From: Hormiphora californensis
Taxonomy: Eukaryota; Animalia; Ctenophora
Assembly (NCBI GenBank): GCA_020137815.1
Contig: CM035351.1
Coordinates: 930,001-994,000, forward strand
Direction of reading: 5' to 3'
DNA: 64,000 nucleotides
Each line of letters begins with the position of its first letter. The stretch's first letter is position 1. The position numbers were made by a program, and so were the translations under genes. This document shows, piece after piece, positions 12,348 through 29,285 of the stretch. Below the pieces are notes generated by a model that had not been told where the DNA came from, did not search any database, and saw only the letters and a program-made list of their open reading frames with translations.

Positions 12348-12419
12348 TCCCATGTGGTGTAGGGGCTAGCATCTGTGGCTTTCACCCACAAGACCCGGGT
12401 TCGATTCCCGGCATGGGAA
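12348..12419 (+). tRNA. tRNA-Glu (anticodon UUC)
   Basis: TCCCATG/CATGGGA acceptor, TGTGG-CTTTCAC-CCACA anticodon arm, GGTTCGATTCC; followed by TTTTT. Confidence 0.95.
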
Positions 12420-12929
12420 GCTTTTTGGATAACTATTGTCCTAACTTTTTCTTCTGATTTTTTGCTGGTTTGGCTCTTGAAACCCTCCTGCCCCATTCCT
12501 CTCAAATCAACATATTTTCACATACTGCGCTTGTTTAATCCCGGGTCTACTTCGGCTCACTGCCCCTGCGAGCGCGGCCGACATACGGAGTTGTGGTAAG
12601 GGTGTGCGCGCAAACTCGATCACGATTTGTGCTGACAAGCGCTCCTGGTACCAACTCATGTTGTCGCTAACACTGTTTTAACTTTTCAACTCTTAAGTCG
12701 CTTAGAACTGTTTATTCATCTCATGTTTAAATTTCAGGTGCTCGAACGAAGTCGATTGGTATGAAATCGGAAAGTCGTACCTGACTAAGGTAATATATGT
12801 ATATGCAAATAAAAACAGGGGCTTTTATAAAACGTATTCAATACTGACAATAAAACTGATAAAAACAACCCTTTCCCCATAATCAATTAATTAATTAAGT
12901 CCCCTCGAATAATTAGTTTTGATTAATTT

Positions 12930-14209
12930 TCATATGGGTTTTACACCGAAAACACTCCGCAACCGTTCAAACAGTAGGAAAGTGATACAAGTGTGAGGTC
13001 CAACCCTGGCCCAATTAGGAAACCAGCCCTTGTACAGCCCTAGCGGTCCTTCATTTCGTACCACTAGCAGCATTGTCTGGGGTGGGAGAGAGAGATTAGT
13101 ATTAGTAGAGGTGGACATTAAACTGATAGTATATTTTTTGCTTTACTTGATACTGTTTGTGCGCCCGAAACACAGTCTAGCCAGTCAAGATACTGTAAGG
13201 CCGAGACCATTGTTTTCACACCCACATACGGTATTTAGAGAGAGTCTGACAGTTCTGAGAGTTCTGAGAGAGGCTCTAACAGCCATTATACCTGTGGGAT
13301 AGAGCGGTATAATTTAGTTCCCCCAGCTGGTACAATCTCTGACTGCATTCTACTCTTCACCACATCGAATGGGTTGTTTGCTGTAGCTACACAGAACCCA
13401 GCAAAGATACTACAGATAAAATGGAGCCTGGGTCCCTCCCCAAACCAGCCCAAGTCTAGAAGCAGGTGTTTCGAGTGGTCATATGCCGGGATCTAAGGAG
13501 AGAGAAAGAGAGGTAGTTTAGAAGTGATAGTTGTTGACTCTCTGGATCAGCTGTGTAGTGCTGTCTATGTCTGATAACCACGTGAGTTCACAACAGGGGT
13601 CACACACACTACAAGATAGTTGTTGACTAACAACAGTGGATAGTTACCTGAGCAGCGGTGGTAGTACATCCTCGACCCAAGTTAGGACCGACCCCTCTCC
13701 AAAGAGCTCTCACTCCTCCCTCGCCCCAGATCCGGTAAAGCAGCACAAACGTGTTGGGCAACCTGGTGAAAGTAGTGAAATCTGTATGTAATATTGACAC
13801 TAAAATACATACAGTGTGTGTGCTCGGCAACCTGCAGTGAATAGGTTGGAAATAATCTGTAAGGAAACTGCCTGGCAATGATCTGAGAATCAGGCAGCAG
13901 GGAAATGACGCAACTAAAATTACACATGAGCAGTGTGAGATGAGTCAACCTACCGTCTCTCAATATCTGTCTGAAGGCGGACTTTAACAAGATCAAAAGG
14001 GGTAGTAAAGAAGGCTCCAGCAAGTCCTGAAGTTGCCCCAGCGAACACTTTCTTGTAGAGCGGTAGACCCTGATCGTTTCCCTTGTGTATAAACCTCTTG
14101 ACTGGCTCGTATCCTCCCATTCTTATGGTGCTGTAGCTAGCCTCCCGACACAGGGAGGGAAGGAGTCCAGCCGTGAAGAGCACTTTGGGGCCTTCTGTAC
14201 CGAGCAACT

Positions 14210-14305
<96 letters not shown>

Positions 14306-14880
14306 TGTGTGTGTGTGTGAGAGAGAGAGTGATTGAATATATCAGATACTTCAATCAGCTGTTATCTGTGGATACGGATTTGGATCGAGCTCAGTATCCC
14401 AGGGTCCTAAGACGTCAACAAACAAACAAACGATACGGATTTGGAAGCCGAAAAATCATGTCAAACCCTTTCATACTGTTGAGTCTGAGAGGTTTGATTT
14501 TCATGCCGAACCCCCCCCCCCCTTCTTACCCGTGCTGCTCCGCTAACAAGACCGGAGTATTGCCCCCCCCCCTTCTTACCCGTGCTGCTCCACTAACAAG
14601 ACCGGAGTATTGTCGTGCCCCCCTTCTTACCCGTGCTGCTCCGCTAACAAGACCGGAGTACTGCCCCCCCCCACCTTCTTACCCGTGCTGCTCCACTAAC
14701 AAGACCGGAGTATTGTCGTGCAGCACCTCGACCTGGATCACACTGCATCCGAACCTTCACCACATCTATTGGATGGGTGATGGCACCTGACACCATGTTA
14801 CTGACACCCGCCAGTGCAAAGGTCTTGGAAACTAGCCAGGGATCCCGTGGTGGTGTCGTAGCAGGTGTTGTGGTGGACAT
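12930..14880 (-). CDS. SLC25 mitochondrial carrier (UCP/dicarboxylate-carrier-like), 304 aa; exons 14880-14683, 14207-13954, 13762-13648, 13492-13292, 13076-12930
   Basis: Three PxDxxKxR signatures ([24 protein letters not shown]), LWRGVGPN and [14 protein letters not shown]; exon phases sum to 915 nt. Confidence 0.92.
14513..14720. repeat. About 52-bp tandem repeat, 4 copies, spanning the SLC25 exon 1 splice donor
   Basis: Minus-strand unit TACTCCGGTCTTGTTAGYGGAGCAGCACGG|GTAAGAAGG. Confidence 0.9.
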
Positions 14881-16229
14881 TGTGAGGGGGAGTTCCAAAT
14901 TCAGACCTATCCAACTGGGGGCGAAATAAAATGTTGGAAACTGGTCAAGAGTATAATAATGGAACTTTGGTTGCAAGCTGTTTCCGAGAATGAGCTTTCC
15001 ATTCAATTTCAAGACAATGAGATAGGTCGGGAACTTCCAGACTGGAAGCAACAATTTAAAGTTTAGATATTAGAAGATATTAGGGTAAGCTCAAGAGAGG
15101 CTTCAAAGATCGAAATATGACAGAATACAAGCGAGGAAACAAATCGGAAGTATGTGTGGAAGAATACACAGAAATTCTGCAGCTTGAAACTGGCTATGCT
15201 ATTAGAAGTTATACTCTCTAGCTCTCTTTCTTTCTTTCTCTCTTTCTCTCTCTCTCGCCGCTATACATTAGAGCTATAAATGGGCTATAAATACACAACT
15301 ACAAAACTACACAACTGCATGCTGGATAGAGTAAGAGAGAGGATAGAAAAAGAAGACACCCCAGTGTCGTTGGCAGCTTTTGCCTGAGATTCTAGTTAGG
15401 CCCTAGTTAATAGAACCATAACGAGGCCCAAGTTTTGTGTTCTATGTAACTTTGTAACTGCGCCCGCGGGGGTCCGGAACACAAACACTACTACTGCACA
15501 TCTTCACTTCTCTGTGCCTAAACAAACAACCTGGATGAAAGAGAGAAAGAAATAGGGGGAAGAAAAAGGGATGATAGATGGAAGCGTAATTTGAAATCTG
15601 GTGTGGAATATTACTGTTTACATATAATCTCCTTCCGTTCATATGCCACGTACCTTTTCACTATTTCCACATGTTTCGATGTTAGGTCACTAATTTAGGT
15701 GATGGGATGCAATTATAATGTCATTGTGTCGCTTCCTTGATACACACCCTTCATTATTTGTTCTAATTACTAATTAGTCCCCTGCCCCGCCTATCATTAG
15801 CTTCAGTCAGCTAGACCCCGTTCTCTAACTGACTAGACAATATATATGCTGGTGTCTAAACAGCTGATTATGTTGGCTAGACAATAAGCTGTTTTGTGTC
15901 TGTTGGCTATTGACCAGCAATTACCATGGAACAATCACAATTAAAACATGTGACACACTGTGACAGAAAACAATGATCCTTTTTCTTCCTCAGGATAGGC
16001 TAATTCAAAGAAGCGTCTGAGCCTACATCTTTGGAAGAGAGTCTAAAAACGATGGAATATAATCCTTTGAGTAAATGGTAAGTAAGACTAAGTCAATTAG
16101 AAGGGTTAGGACCACATCCGCTGCATCTCGTTTCTGCCAACTAGTGTTACAACCCTTTATATAAGTAAGACTAAGATACTTTCATAATTTTTTAACTCAT
16201 CACAAAATAAAATTAACATAAAAACAACA

Positions 16230-16994
16230 CTACACTAAAAACATTGAAACAAATAAAGTCAATAACACACAAACAGCTCTCTGATCACCACGTTCTGCAC
16301 TAGATTTCCCACTACTATCATCTACCCCCGGCTCTTCAGTGGCCCCTGTAGGTTGGGTTGTGCTAAATGGGCTTGTCGTCTCTAAATCCTTGTGAGTCGT
16401 CCCAAGACTATATTGTTTTACTGTCAGAGGGACCTTCCGAGTTTCAGGACCGTCCGATTTGAACTGAGTAGTTGTGACAAAATCCTCGAGTACAATTGTC
16501 CCGAAGCTGAAGTTGATGGATATGTGTTCTGGCATCTCGGTCAGACTTCGTGCCTGCGGGGGTGGGGGTGGGAGATAGTCAGTGAGAAACAGACTTGAGG
16601 TGGGAGGTAATTAGGGAGAAACAGATACAGAGAGCTCATCGCCACAAAGCGGCTCCTACGTGTGAGGGGGGCACAAACATAGAGGGGCGCGATGTTCCCA
16701 ACGTCTTTAGCAGGAACCGACCGAAACAAGTAAACAACCAATCAGAACTTTAGGTCACGTGGCTGGTTATCAGCCAATCAGGGACCAGTATTTCCTGATT
16801 CGGTCGGTTCCTGGTCTTTAGAGATAACTTACCGTTGGTTTCGTGCCATTGAAAATGTCGTAGATAAAACTAAAGTTGTTTGAATTATGGGGATAGGAAG
16901 AGGGCGTTATACTGGAATGTCGCTCTGTGCCTATTGGTCGCCCTTCTATACACTCTAGTAGTAGCAGTACAAAACCGTGATGGATCAACCACAT
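16230..16994 (-). CDS. Hypothetical secreted, probably GPI-anchored protein, 161 aa; exons 16994-16833, 16553-16230
   Basis: Signal-like N-terminus MWLIHHGFVLLLLECIEG, phase-0 GTAAGT...CAG intron, S/T-rich stalk, hydrophobic C-terminus AVCVLLTLFVSMFLV. Confidence 0.7.
16711..16813. mobile_element. hAT-like MITE (103 bp), intronic
   Basis: 15-bp TIR CAGGAACCGACCGAA; 8-bp TSD GTCTTTAG at 16703-16710 and 16814-16821. Confidence 0.92.
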
Positions 16995-17786
16995 ATCTCA
17001 CGTCTATACATCGCTCTATAATAATGTAATGGGGTCCTTTTTAGGGGTTGGAAGGAACAAAACAAGCTAGACTTTCCAATCATTTAAACGAACAGGATTG
17101 GAACATGTAACATATAGTACTACAGTAGTGGTGGTGGTGGTGGTGGTACAGATAGGTTATAGCGTGCCAAACTCTGCCCGTTAGGGCAGAACGACATTGC
17201 AACCTCGTCATAGCGTCTGTCATCGTGTTGTGGTCAGTTAATATCATGGCATTCTTAATGTCAGTCAGTCATTGTACTTGCCAGACACTTACGCAGCCCC
17301 CACGGTTAAAGGTCGGTTGCACTCTTCGCATCTCCGCCCCGTGAGGACATTTGCAGTTATCTTGCGAATAAGCGACATGACAAGTTAGGGGGCATTTTCA
17401 AGCTTGGGTGGATGTGCAAGTAAGCCTGTTCGTTGTTTTGTTACGACGAAGGTCCGTGCGAGTGGACCACTTATCAAAGATTGGTCTGGGGGTATAGGTG
17501 TAGTTTGTAAGTGGTAGGTGGGGGTCGTAATGTCTAAGTAGCTCATAATTAAATAATTGGTTGGTAAGGTTAAATCCGGGTGGTAACATTATCAATTTGT
17601 CAATGAATGAAACAGTCAATACAGACAGATAACTACAGTATGTGAGTATGATGATACGTGATGTTGTTGGTTGATGAGTTGGAGGTGGTGTTATCCTTTC
17701 AATTAAAGGATAAAGATAACAGACGATTTCAACCACAAATACGGCGAGTGGGTGGAACTAGTACCAAAGTAGAGTATTTGGGGGGG

Positions 17787-19098
17787 CCCTGTACCCCTCT
17801 AACCCCACCCAATCCCCCTAGTGGGCTGTGTGTACCTCTCTAAACCCAATCCCCCCATCTAGTGGGTTGTGCCCCTGTACCTCTCTAACCCCCCTCCCCC
17901 CCATCTAGTGGGTTGTGCCCCTGTCCCTCTCTAACCCCCCCTCCCCATCTAGTGGGTTGTGCCCCTGTCCCTCTCTAACCCCTAATCCCAATAGTGGGCT
18001 GTGCCCCTGTACCTCTCTAACCCCCTCCCCATCTAGTGGGTTGTGCCCCTGTACCTCTCTAACCCCCTCCCCATCTAGTGGGTTGTGCCCCTGTCCCTCC
18101 CTAACCCCACCATCCCCATATGTATTATAGTGGGTTGTGCCCCTGTACCTCTCTAACCCCCTCCCCATCCAGTGGGTTGTGCCCCTGTACCTCTCTAACC
18201 CACCATTCCCATCTAGTGGGTTGTGCCCCTGTACCTCTCTAACCCCCCTCCCCATCTAGTGGGTTGTGCCCCTGCCCCTCTCTAACCCCCCTCCCCATCT
18301 AGTGGGTTGTGCCCCTGTACCTCTCTAACCCCCAATCCCCCAGTGGGTTCTGCCCCTGTACCTCTCTAACCCCCCTCCCCATCTAGTGGGTTGTGCCCCT
18401 GTACCTCTCTAACCCCCCTCCCCATCTAGTGGGTTGTGCGCCTGTACCTCTCTAACCCCCTCCCCATCTAGTGGGTTGTCCCCTTGTACCTCTCTAACCC
18501 CCTCCCCATCTAGTGGGTTGTCCCCCTGTACCCCTCTAACCCCCTCCCCATCTAGTGGGTTGTGCCCCTGTACCTCTCTAATCCCCCCTCCCCATCTAGT
18601 GGGTTGTGCCCCTGTACCTCTCTAATCCCCCCTCCCCATCTAGTGGGTTGTGCCCCTGTACCTCTCTAATCCCCCCTCCCCATCTAGTGGGTTGTGCCCC
18701 TGTACCTCTCTAACCCCCAATCCCCCATCTAGTGGGTTGTGCCCCTGTACCTCTCTAACCCCCAATCCCCCAGTGGGTTGTGCCCCTGTACCTCTCTAAC
18801 CCCCCTCCCCATATAGTGGGTTGTGCCCCTGTACCTCTCTAACCCCCAATCCCCCTAGTGGGTTGTGCCCCTGTCCCTCTCTAACCCCCTATCCCCCCAT
18901 CTAGTGGGTTGTGCCCCTGTACCTCTCTAACCCCCTATCCCCCCATCTAGTGGGTTGTGCCCCTGTCCCTCTCTAACCCCCTATCTCCCCATCTAGTGGG
19001 TTGTGCCCCTGTACCTCTCTAACCCCCAATCCCCCTAGTGGGTTGTGCCCCTGTACCTCTCTAACCCCCTCCCCATCCAGTGGGTTGTGCCCCTGTCC
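17787..19098. repeat. About 39-bp minisatellite (about 33 copies) built from a splice acceptor plus exon start
   Basis: Unit ACCTCTCTAACCCCCTCCCCATCTAG|TGGGTTGTGCCCCTGT; the last copy runs into the exon at 19081. Confidence 0.95.
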
Positions 19099-21719
19099 CG
19101 GAGGACACTACTCACTACTGGAAGATCACCTACCCAGACAGCGCCGTTACCACTGAAAGGAAGGCCGCCCCAATTAATGTTCAGCCCGGTACCTACATGA
19201 GTGTAGGGTGCAGGTTAGTTGCAGCTGGCAGACCATGAACATGACCATTGGTATAGGTAGTTCCCTACATGTGTCCCTTGCCGGTGCAGGTTAGTTGCAG
19301 CTGGCAGACCATTGGCCTGACCCTATTCTCATTTCTTTCAAATAAGTGAGAACTGTGGTCAGAGCGAGAACTGTGGTCAGAGCATTGGCCTGACACTGAC
19401 AGTGCCCTGTCCCTTGCCGGCGCGGGAAACCAACCATGAACACATGTGATCTTTTTACACAGCAAGTCATTGGTTGAGGCTGTCAGCGTGTCAACGTGAT
19501 ACCTGACCAGTACCACCTGCTCACATGCTGTCAGAATATTGTCATGACCCTGTTTTCATCGAGAACCGTGGTCAGAGCATTGGCCTGACAGCTCACATGA
19601 TCTGAAGCGTGCGAGAGGGTCAGCGGCCAGCTGAAATACAGGGCAGATCCTAGATATTGTTTAGAGTTTTGTCCAGCTACTTCCTAAAGCCGGGATAATA
19701 CAGTAAAGGCACAGCAAAAATGATCTAAGAGTTAGAACAAGCTAATAGTTATGTGGGCCTACAAATATGCAATAATTATATTGAACATTGATAATATCAT
19801 TATGACCTAGCATATTTTTAAATATCTGCTTGCAATAGTTCTCCTATCAAAGACTTCTGGCTGGATAAACATTGCATAAACTACTAACACACAATTAGGG
19901 GGTAACTGAATTTTCCATAACTGTCTAGACGGTCCAATTAGGCTCCAATTAACTCCAATTACCAGTTGTCTAGGCGACAAGTATTCCCTATTATTGCTTG
20001 TACCCTCTCAGTATCTCATTAAACCTCATTTCCTATAAGATTCTCCCCTTATTTCCGCGTATAGTTTATACCTAGATCTAAGCACCTAACCGCTACATCT
20101 CTCTCGTCTCACATTCAGTTCTCAACTCCCTTCCCCTTATTCAACAACATCCCCCAGGGCTGGGTACACCCGGAAGAACGGTGACACTAGTGCAACTGTC
20201 ACAAGGTGCGATGAGGTGGGCTGGATTGAACCTCTCAGTAGCTTCCCAACATGTGTCCGTAAGTTGTCACTGTCAAATCTAGCCCTGACTCAAACTCACT
20301 GAGAAATGGGAAATCTTCCAGTTTCCGTTTAACTTGTGACCGCTAAACGACCGCTTAACTGATTCTGAGAAATCTCTCGTACTCCTATAAGAGCAAGTTT
20401 ATCAAACTCACAACTTCCTAATTCATTTCAGCGGGGTGTCCAGATCTCACAACGACCATCAACAACAGAGTGGCACTAAACACCAAACGAGATGACATGT
20501 TCGCCCCCTTCGTTACAGGTAATATTCAAGACCCCTCAAACTGAGGAGAAACTGTCATCTCAATTCCCATCCCTTGATAATGTTATTGAGGCTCAATAAC
20601 AAGGGATTTGAAATGAGAGTCTCTCTCACGACTCACACCGTAAAATGTACGGTACATAATACAAAATGAATCTCAATAATGCAATGAAGACTGACATGAC
20701 TACGACTTCAACAACAATCACAATCGACAAAATAACGATCTAAGAAGCGAGCTGGGAGACCAATTTGTCAATGCTTTCTCCCCCGCAGCACACAACCCTA
20801 TGCCATCGGATGTGATGTCACTGTGTGCTTCACGTCATACGTCATTTGCACGCTCCGCCCTATGAAACTTTATTTAGTGTTTCTCTCCCTCTCTACCCTT
20901 CTCTCTCTATCTCTCTTCCTCTCCCTCTGTCTCTAACTCACTCTACACGATTATTGATTTTGATCTCATTTTGTGTTCATATGATTGCATCACCACCACA
21001 CATCTGTTTTTCATGCTCTAATACCACTAACGTCTGATCTAACTATCCAGCTATTCTCTCCTCCTCCTCAGTAGTAAACTTTCTGTAGCCGATGACCCAC
21101 CCGAGTCGTCTTCCCTTCTCCTTCCTACCAAATATTAGTTTCAGTTCACTACTTATTTGGTTCTCAGGACATAAAATAAAGCACTGAATCACACTTCTAA
21201 TCTCACTCCCACTCGAGGCTATCATGCGATGAATACGAAAGAAAACTCATATATAATCCACATTCAATTAAACTGACTATATTATAGAATGCAGTTTAAC
21301 TCTTTAGCGGCCGTTATAGCCTTTGTGGGAGACCGCGTTATTCTCCATTCTCCTCAATTCCAAGAATCTTGATCTAAAATTTCTACTGTTCAGCTCAGTC
21401 CCCTTTCGCGTAATTATGTCACCGTTTTTTTCCGAGTTTTTAACCCCCCCCCCCCATTTAACCATCATTCCCCCCTCCTTTCACCCATGTTGAGTAAGGG
21501 GGGGGGGGGTACTCAACAAATTTAACCCCCTCCTTTCATCCAGGTGACTTGATCGAGTTCAAGTGTCAGGGATCGTTTAACCTCGTTGGGAACCAGACCA
21601 TAACGTGTACCTCCCTCAACACCTGGGACTCTGATCCACCACTATGTGTCAGTGGGAGCCCTCACCTGACCATCGCACCATTCCTGCTACTGATCCTGGG
21701 TCTGAGCCAAATATTATAG
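19081..21719 (+). CDS. Two-Sushi/CCP-domain, probably GPI-anchored protein (5' exon not identified); exons 19081-19213, 20158-20258, 20432-20518, 21544-21719
   Basis: GCAP...GTYMSVGCRAGY...C...W...PTC and GCPDL...GDLIEFKCQGSFNLVGNQTITCTSLNTWDSDPPLC are CCP consensus; hydrophobic tail; phases consistent; AATAAA near 21825. Confidence 0.85.
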
Positions 21720-22189
21720 ACGGGATCTAATAGAGGGGCAAAGAAATGAAGTAAAATACAGACAAATTACAAACAGACAATGTATGATTCTCTCTCAGTC
21801 TCTAGGCAAATTGTTACAAAAAGTAATAAAATGAATTTATCGGAGTATATTTATTATTCTCTCCCTGGGACTCCTTGGAAATTTTCATTCTGTCTTTCTT
21901 AGTAAAAAGTCCAATCCTCAAACTCGACCTATTTAGAGCTTTCCGAAGAGCGGAGAGATTTTATCGAAGTGATACGTCGAAGAGCTTTTTATCGATATGT
22001 GTTACCGATGAACCTGTAACGATTTTATTATGTTACACCTTCTCAAGAAGGAACATTAAAACCACCCATTTGATATTTGTATTCCCCAGTACCCTGCCAG
22101 TACCCTCTTTTCCCCCCCCTCTTTATCCCGGACAGTGACACTTCATAAAACACCCAGGCCATTTCCACGGCCCCCCACCCGAAACTCAC

Positions 22190-26410
<4,221 letters not shown>

Positions 26411-26517
26411 GAGATACTGATGGTGATGTTATGCGACATGAACAGAGGAACAAGGAAATCAGAGAAGTGGGAAAGTATGGGTGGATGTTGTGGGAGAGGG
26501 GGGAGAGAGGAGAGAGA

Positions 26518-26581
<64 letters not shown>

Positions 26582-27248
26582 AGAGAGAGAGAGAGAGAGA
26601 TAGAGAGAGAGAAAAGGGAAGAAATCATTGCTTTATCAGAAACCATAGAACCGGGATACTTTTCCTATCTCTTCTACCCTACATGTGTATGCCGTACCAT
26701 TTGTACCAGACCGTTCTCTGCTACTTCTCTCTCAAGTCTCTTCCCCTTCTCTCTATCCCTATCAAGTCTCTTTCTCTCTCTCCATTCCCTCAATCTCTCC
26801 AGTCTCCACAATAACTCCGTCGCCATTGCAGCCACAAACCCACGTGACTAGCCCTCAAAACCACGTGATCTGATTGTCTGTGGTTGGACAATACAAGATA
26901 CAAAAATCGTGGTTGGCTTTATCATCCGGCCCACCACTCTAAAAGAGTCTCTCTATCCCTCCACTCCACACGCTCCAGAAAGACTCTCTCACGAATCCCC
27001 TCGAATCTCGCGTCGTGAATCTCATGCTGATGCCATGCAGTTCAACAAGGTACAGGTTTAAAAGAACCACGTCTCTGTTAGTAGCAGCACCGCTCACACT
27101 CACATCACGCCGGGAGATATCTTACAAAGTAATAGGCGATGGATTTTATACTGCAAAAACGTCAGGGTATCTACACATTCACAGAGTCATCTAAATAACA
27201 TATATATTTTGAAAAATTTGAAAGTTCTAGATCTACTTTTCTCACTCC

Positions 27249-29285
27249 CTAAGTCCAACTATCACTCCGATTTGTCTCATCGGGTATGTGAATTGTTTGT
27301 TCATCTTCAAAACTATCAGGGAAATCACCACCCTCCTCTACCACAGGATACATCCCTCCTCCAGTTCCATTATAATTCCTTTCTAACAACTCCAACTTAC
27401 CCAGCACAGCATCTATCTTGGATATAACACTACCCATTGCATCATCATTTCTATCAACTCGGCGGGACAGAATCTTGAATTCTTCGTAGGTAGGGCCCCT
27501 GAGATGGGAAGGTATTCTGTCCATCATCAAACCCGCATTAGACTGCATGTCCCAGGGGGGATAGGAGGACATCGTTTCTTGGGTTCGTAGATTTCTCCCA
27601 GCTGGCCTGTTTTCTGAATCCTCAAACATGCTGTCTACACTGTCCTCATCATCAGAACGGGGTGCTCGCATCGCCTCCTCAGGTAGGACTATCTCAGCTG
27701 GAGCCTTCTCAGGATCTCCCTCCTCCTCATCTCCCTCCTCCACCTCCTTGCTCTTCTTCTTCCTAGCACAACAGCTGAACAGACCCGTTATCCTGCGCTT
27801 TACATACTCTCCAAACTCAGTCACCTGCACCTCCGAGTCCAGCTCCACTTTGACAGCGCTGTATGTATCGTTAATGATGGCAAGGAACATGTTTAGGAGA
27901 ATGAAGAAGACAAGGAAGATGTAACTGATGAAGAATATCGGACCAAGAAGGTTCCGGGCTCGTTCCAATGCCAGGAAATCAAAGTCGCCCAGGATGATTC
28001 TGAAGAGTGTGTAGGTGCTGTCCAGAAATGAGGAAAAGTCCCTGTTTACTGTCCCAAATAGGAGTTGTCCGAGTTGGGCAAAGGCAAAGAACACGATTAG
28101 GAACATCAAGCTGAAACTTAGAATGTCCTTGCAGCACCGTGACAGGGTAGTTGAAAAGTATCGCATGGTCTTCGTGACATTGATAAATTTGAAGACCTTC
28201 ATCCAAGTCAAAAAGAGGCAGATGGCTGCATTGTCATTATAAATCATCTCATAAAATGCGATGTTCTCAAAACTTGTGAATGTGTCCGTATCTGCCTCCG
28301 AGTCCACTATGAGCCCCTCAATAGTCATTGTGCGGTAGAGGGAGATCCCAAACCCAACGAGGATCTGCACTATTATGATGGTATCGAGAACATTCCAAAT
28401 ATCCATGAAGTATCTCATTCTAAAGATACAGAGCTCCATCCCCTCCTCAACCAGAAAGTAGATGACAAAGAGAATGAGGACAATTTCAAATCCGAAAATA
28501 ACTTTGTCCCATGGGGTCACATAACGGAGGAACTTTTGAACGAGGACATCGTATGACGTCATAACGCCTCCAGTGGGAAGAAATTCCGCTACCAGCTTAA
28601 CCACAGCGAACATGTTGATATTGACATTATAGACGGTGAAATCTATAAACATCGCCCTAGTCCCTCTATCCACCCATCCATTGTACTGAAGGTCTGAGAG
28701 GATGAAACTGGAAACCACCTTATTTCTGGTCAGGAGCTGCTGATACCCTGCTCTACTATAGCTGGTCAGGTACCCCGAATAGGGCCGTGTCTGCAGCCGG
28801 GGGTTATACAGCCTGCTGGATCCTGAAGTTCCCTGGTCTGAGTAGACATACTCAAAGGGCAGGGTTGAACTGGATTCGTCATCCGGGTGGTATCCACTGT
28901 AACAGTTGTAGAGACTGCTTCCAAATACAGAGGGTATCTGACAGGATGAGTTGGTGACTTTTAGCTGCCTTATCCGGGGTAGGGATAGTAGTTTGTTCTC
29001 GTTGTACACGTATATCTCCTGATCATCAACACTGTTATCATAGATACCATCCAGAAAGGGGCCGTTCAGGTAGCTCCACAGACTGTCCCAGGTATCCACT
29101 TCTGGCCATGTTGTTTCCACTGTAGATCCATCAATAAAGAGGCTCTCAATGGATCTCGTGTAGTAGAACTGGTAGGGTGAAACTGTCCCACAGACAACGA
29201 TGGATAGGGTAACCAGGAAAAATATGTGAAGGAGAAGGCCCTTGAAGCGTTGTTGGTTCTCTTTATCTTTCTCTGTCATTCTCAC
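27249..29285 (-). CDS. Polycystin-2 family (TRPP; PKD2/PKD2L-like) cation channel, single long ORF
   Basis: ENKLLSLPRIRQLKV, WVDRGTRAMFIDFTVYNVNINMF, pore FRIILGDFDF, LLNMFLAIINDTYSAVK, C-terminal coiled coil EEFKILSRRVDR...SKIDAVL. Confidence 0.95.
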   Translation of the reverse strand: MRMTEKDKENQQRFKGLLLHIFFLVTLSIVVCGTVSPYQFYYTRSIESLFIDGSTVETTWPEVDTWDSLWSYLNGPFLDGIYDNSVDDQEIYVYNENKLLSLPRIRQLKVTNSSCQIPSVFGSSLYNCYSGYHPDDESSSTLPFEYVYSDQGTSGSSRLYNPRLQTRPYSGYLTSYSRAGYQQLLTRNKVVSSFILSDLQYNGWVDRGTRAMFIDFTVYNVNINMFAVVKLVAEFLPTGGVMTSYDVLVQKFLRYVTPWDKVIFGFEIVLILFVIYFLVEEGMELCIFRMRYFMDIWNVLDTIIIVQILVGFGISLYRTMTIEGLIVDSEADTDTFTSFENIAFYEMIYNDNAAICLFLTWMKVFKFINVTKTMRYFSTTLSRCCKDILSFSLMFLIVFFAFAQLGQLLFGTVNRDFSSFLDSTYTLFRIILGDFDFLALERARNLLGPIFFISYIFLVFFILLNMFLAIINDTYSAVKVELDSEVQVTEFGEYVKRRITGLFSCCARKKKSKEVEEGDEEEGDPEKAPAEIVLPEEAMRAPRSDDEDSVDSMFEDSENRPAGRNLRTQETMSSYPPWDMQSNAGLMMDRIPSHLRGPTYEEFKILSRRVDRNDDAMGSVISKIDAVLGKLELLERNYNGTGGGMYPVVEEGGDFPDSFEDEQTIHIPDETNRSDSWT

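Noticed and set aside
10344-12419. Functional link between PYROXD1 (tRNA-ligase protector) and adjacent tRNA genes
   Set aside because: The tRNAs are intronless and the gene is a fragment; adjacency is probably coincidental
17905-18625. Cys/Pro-rich ORFs
   Set aside because: Translations of the acceptor minisatellite
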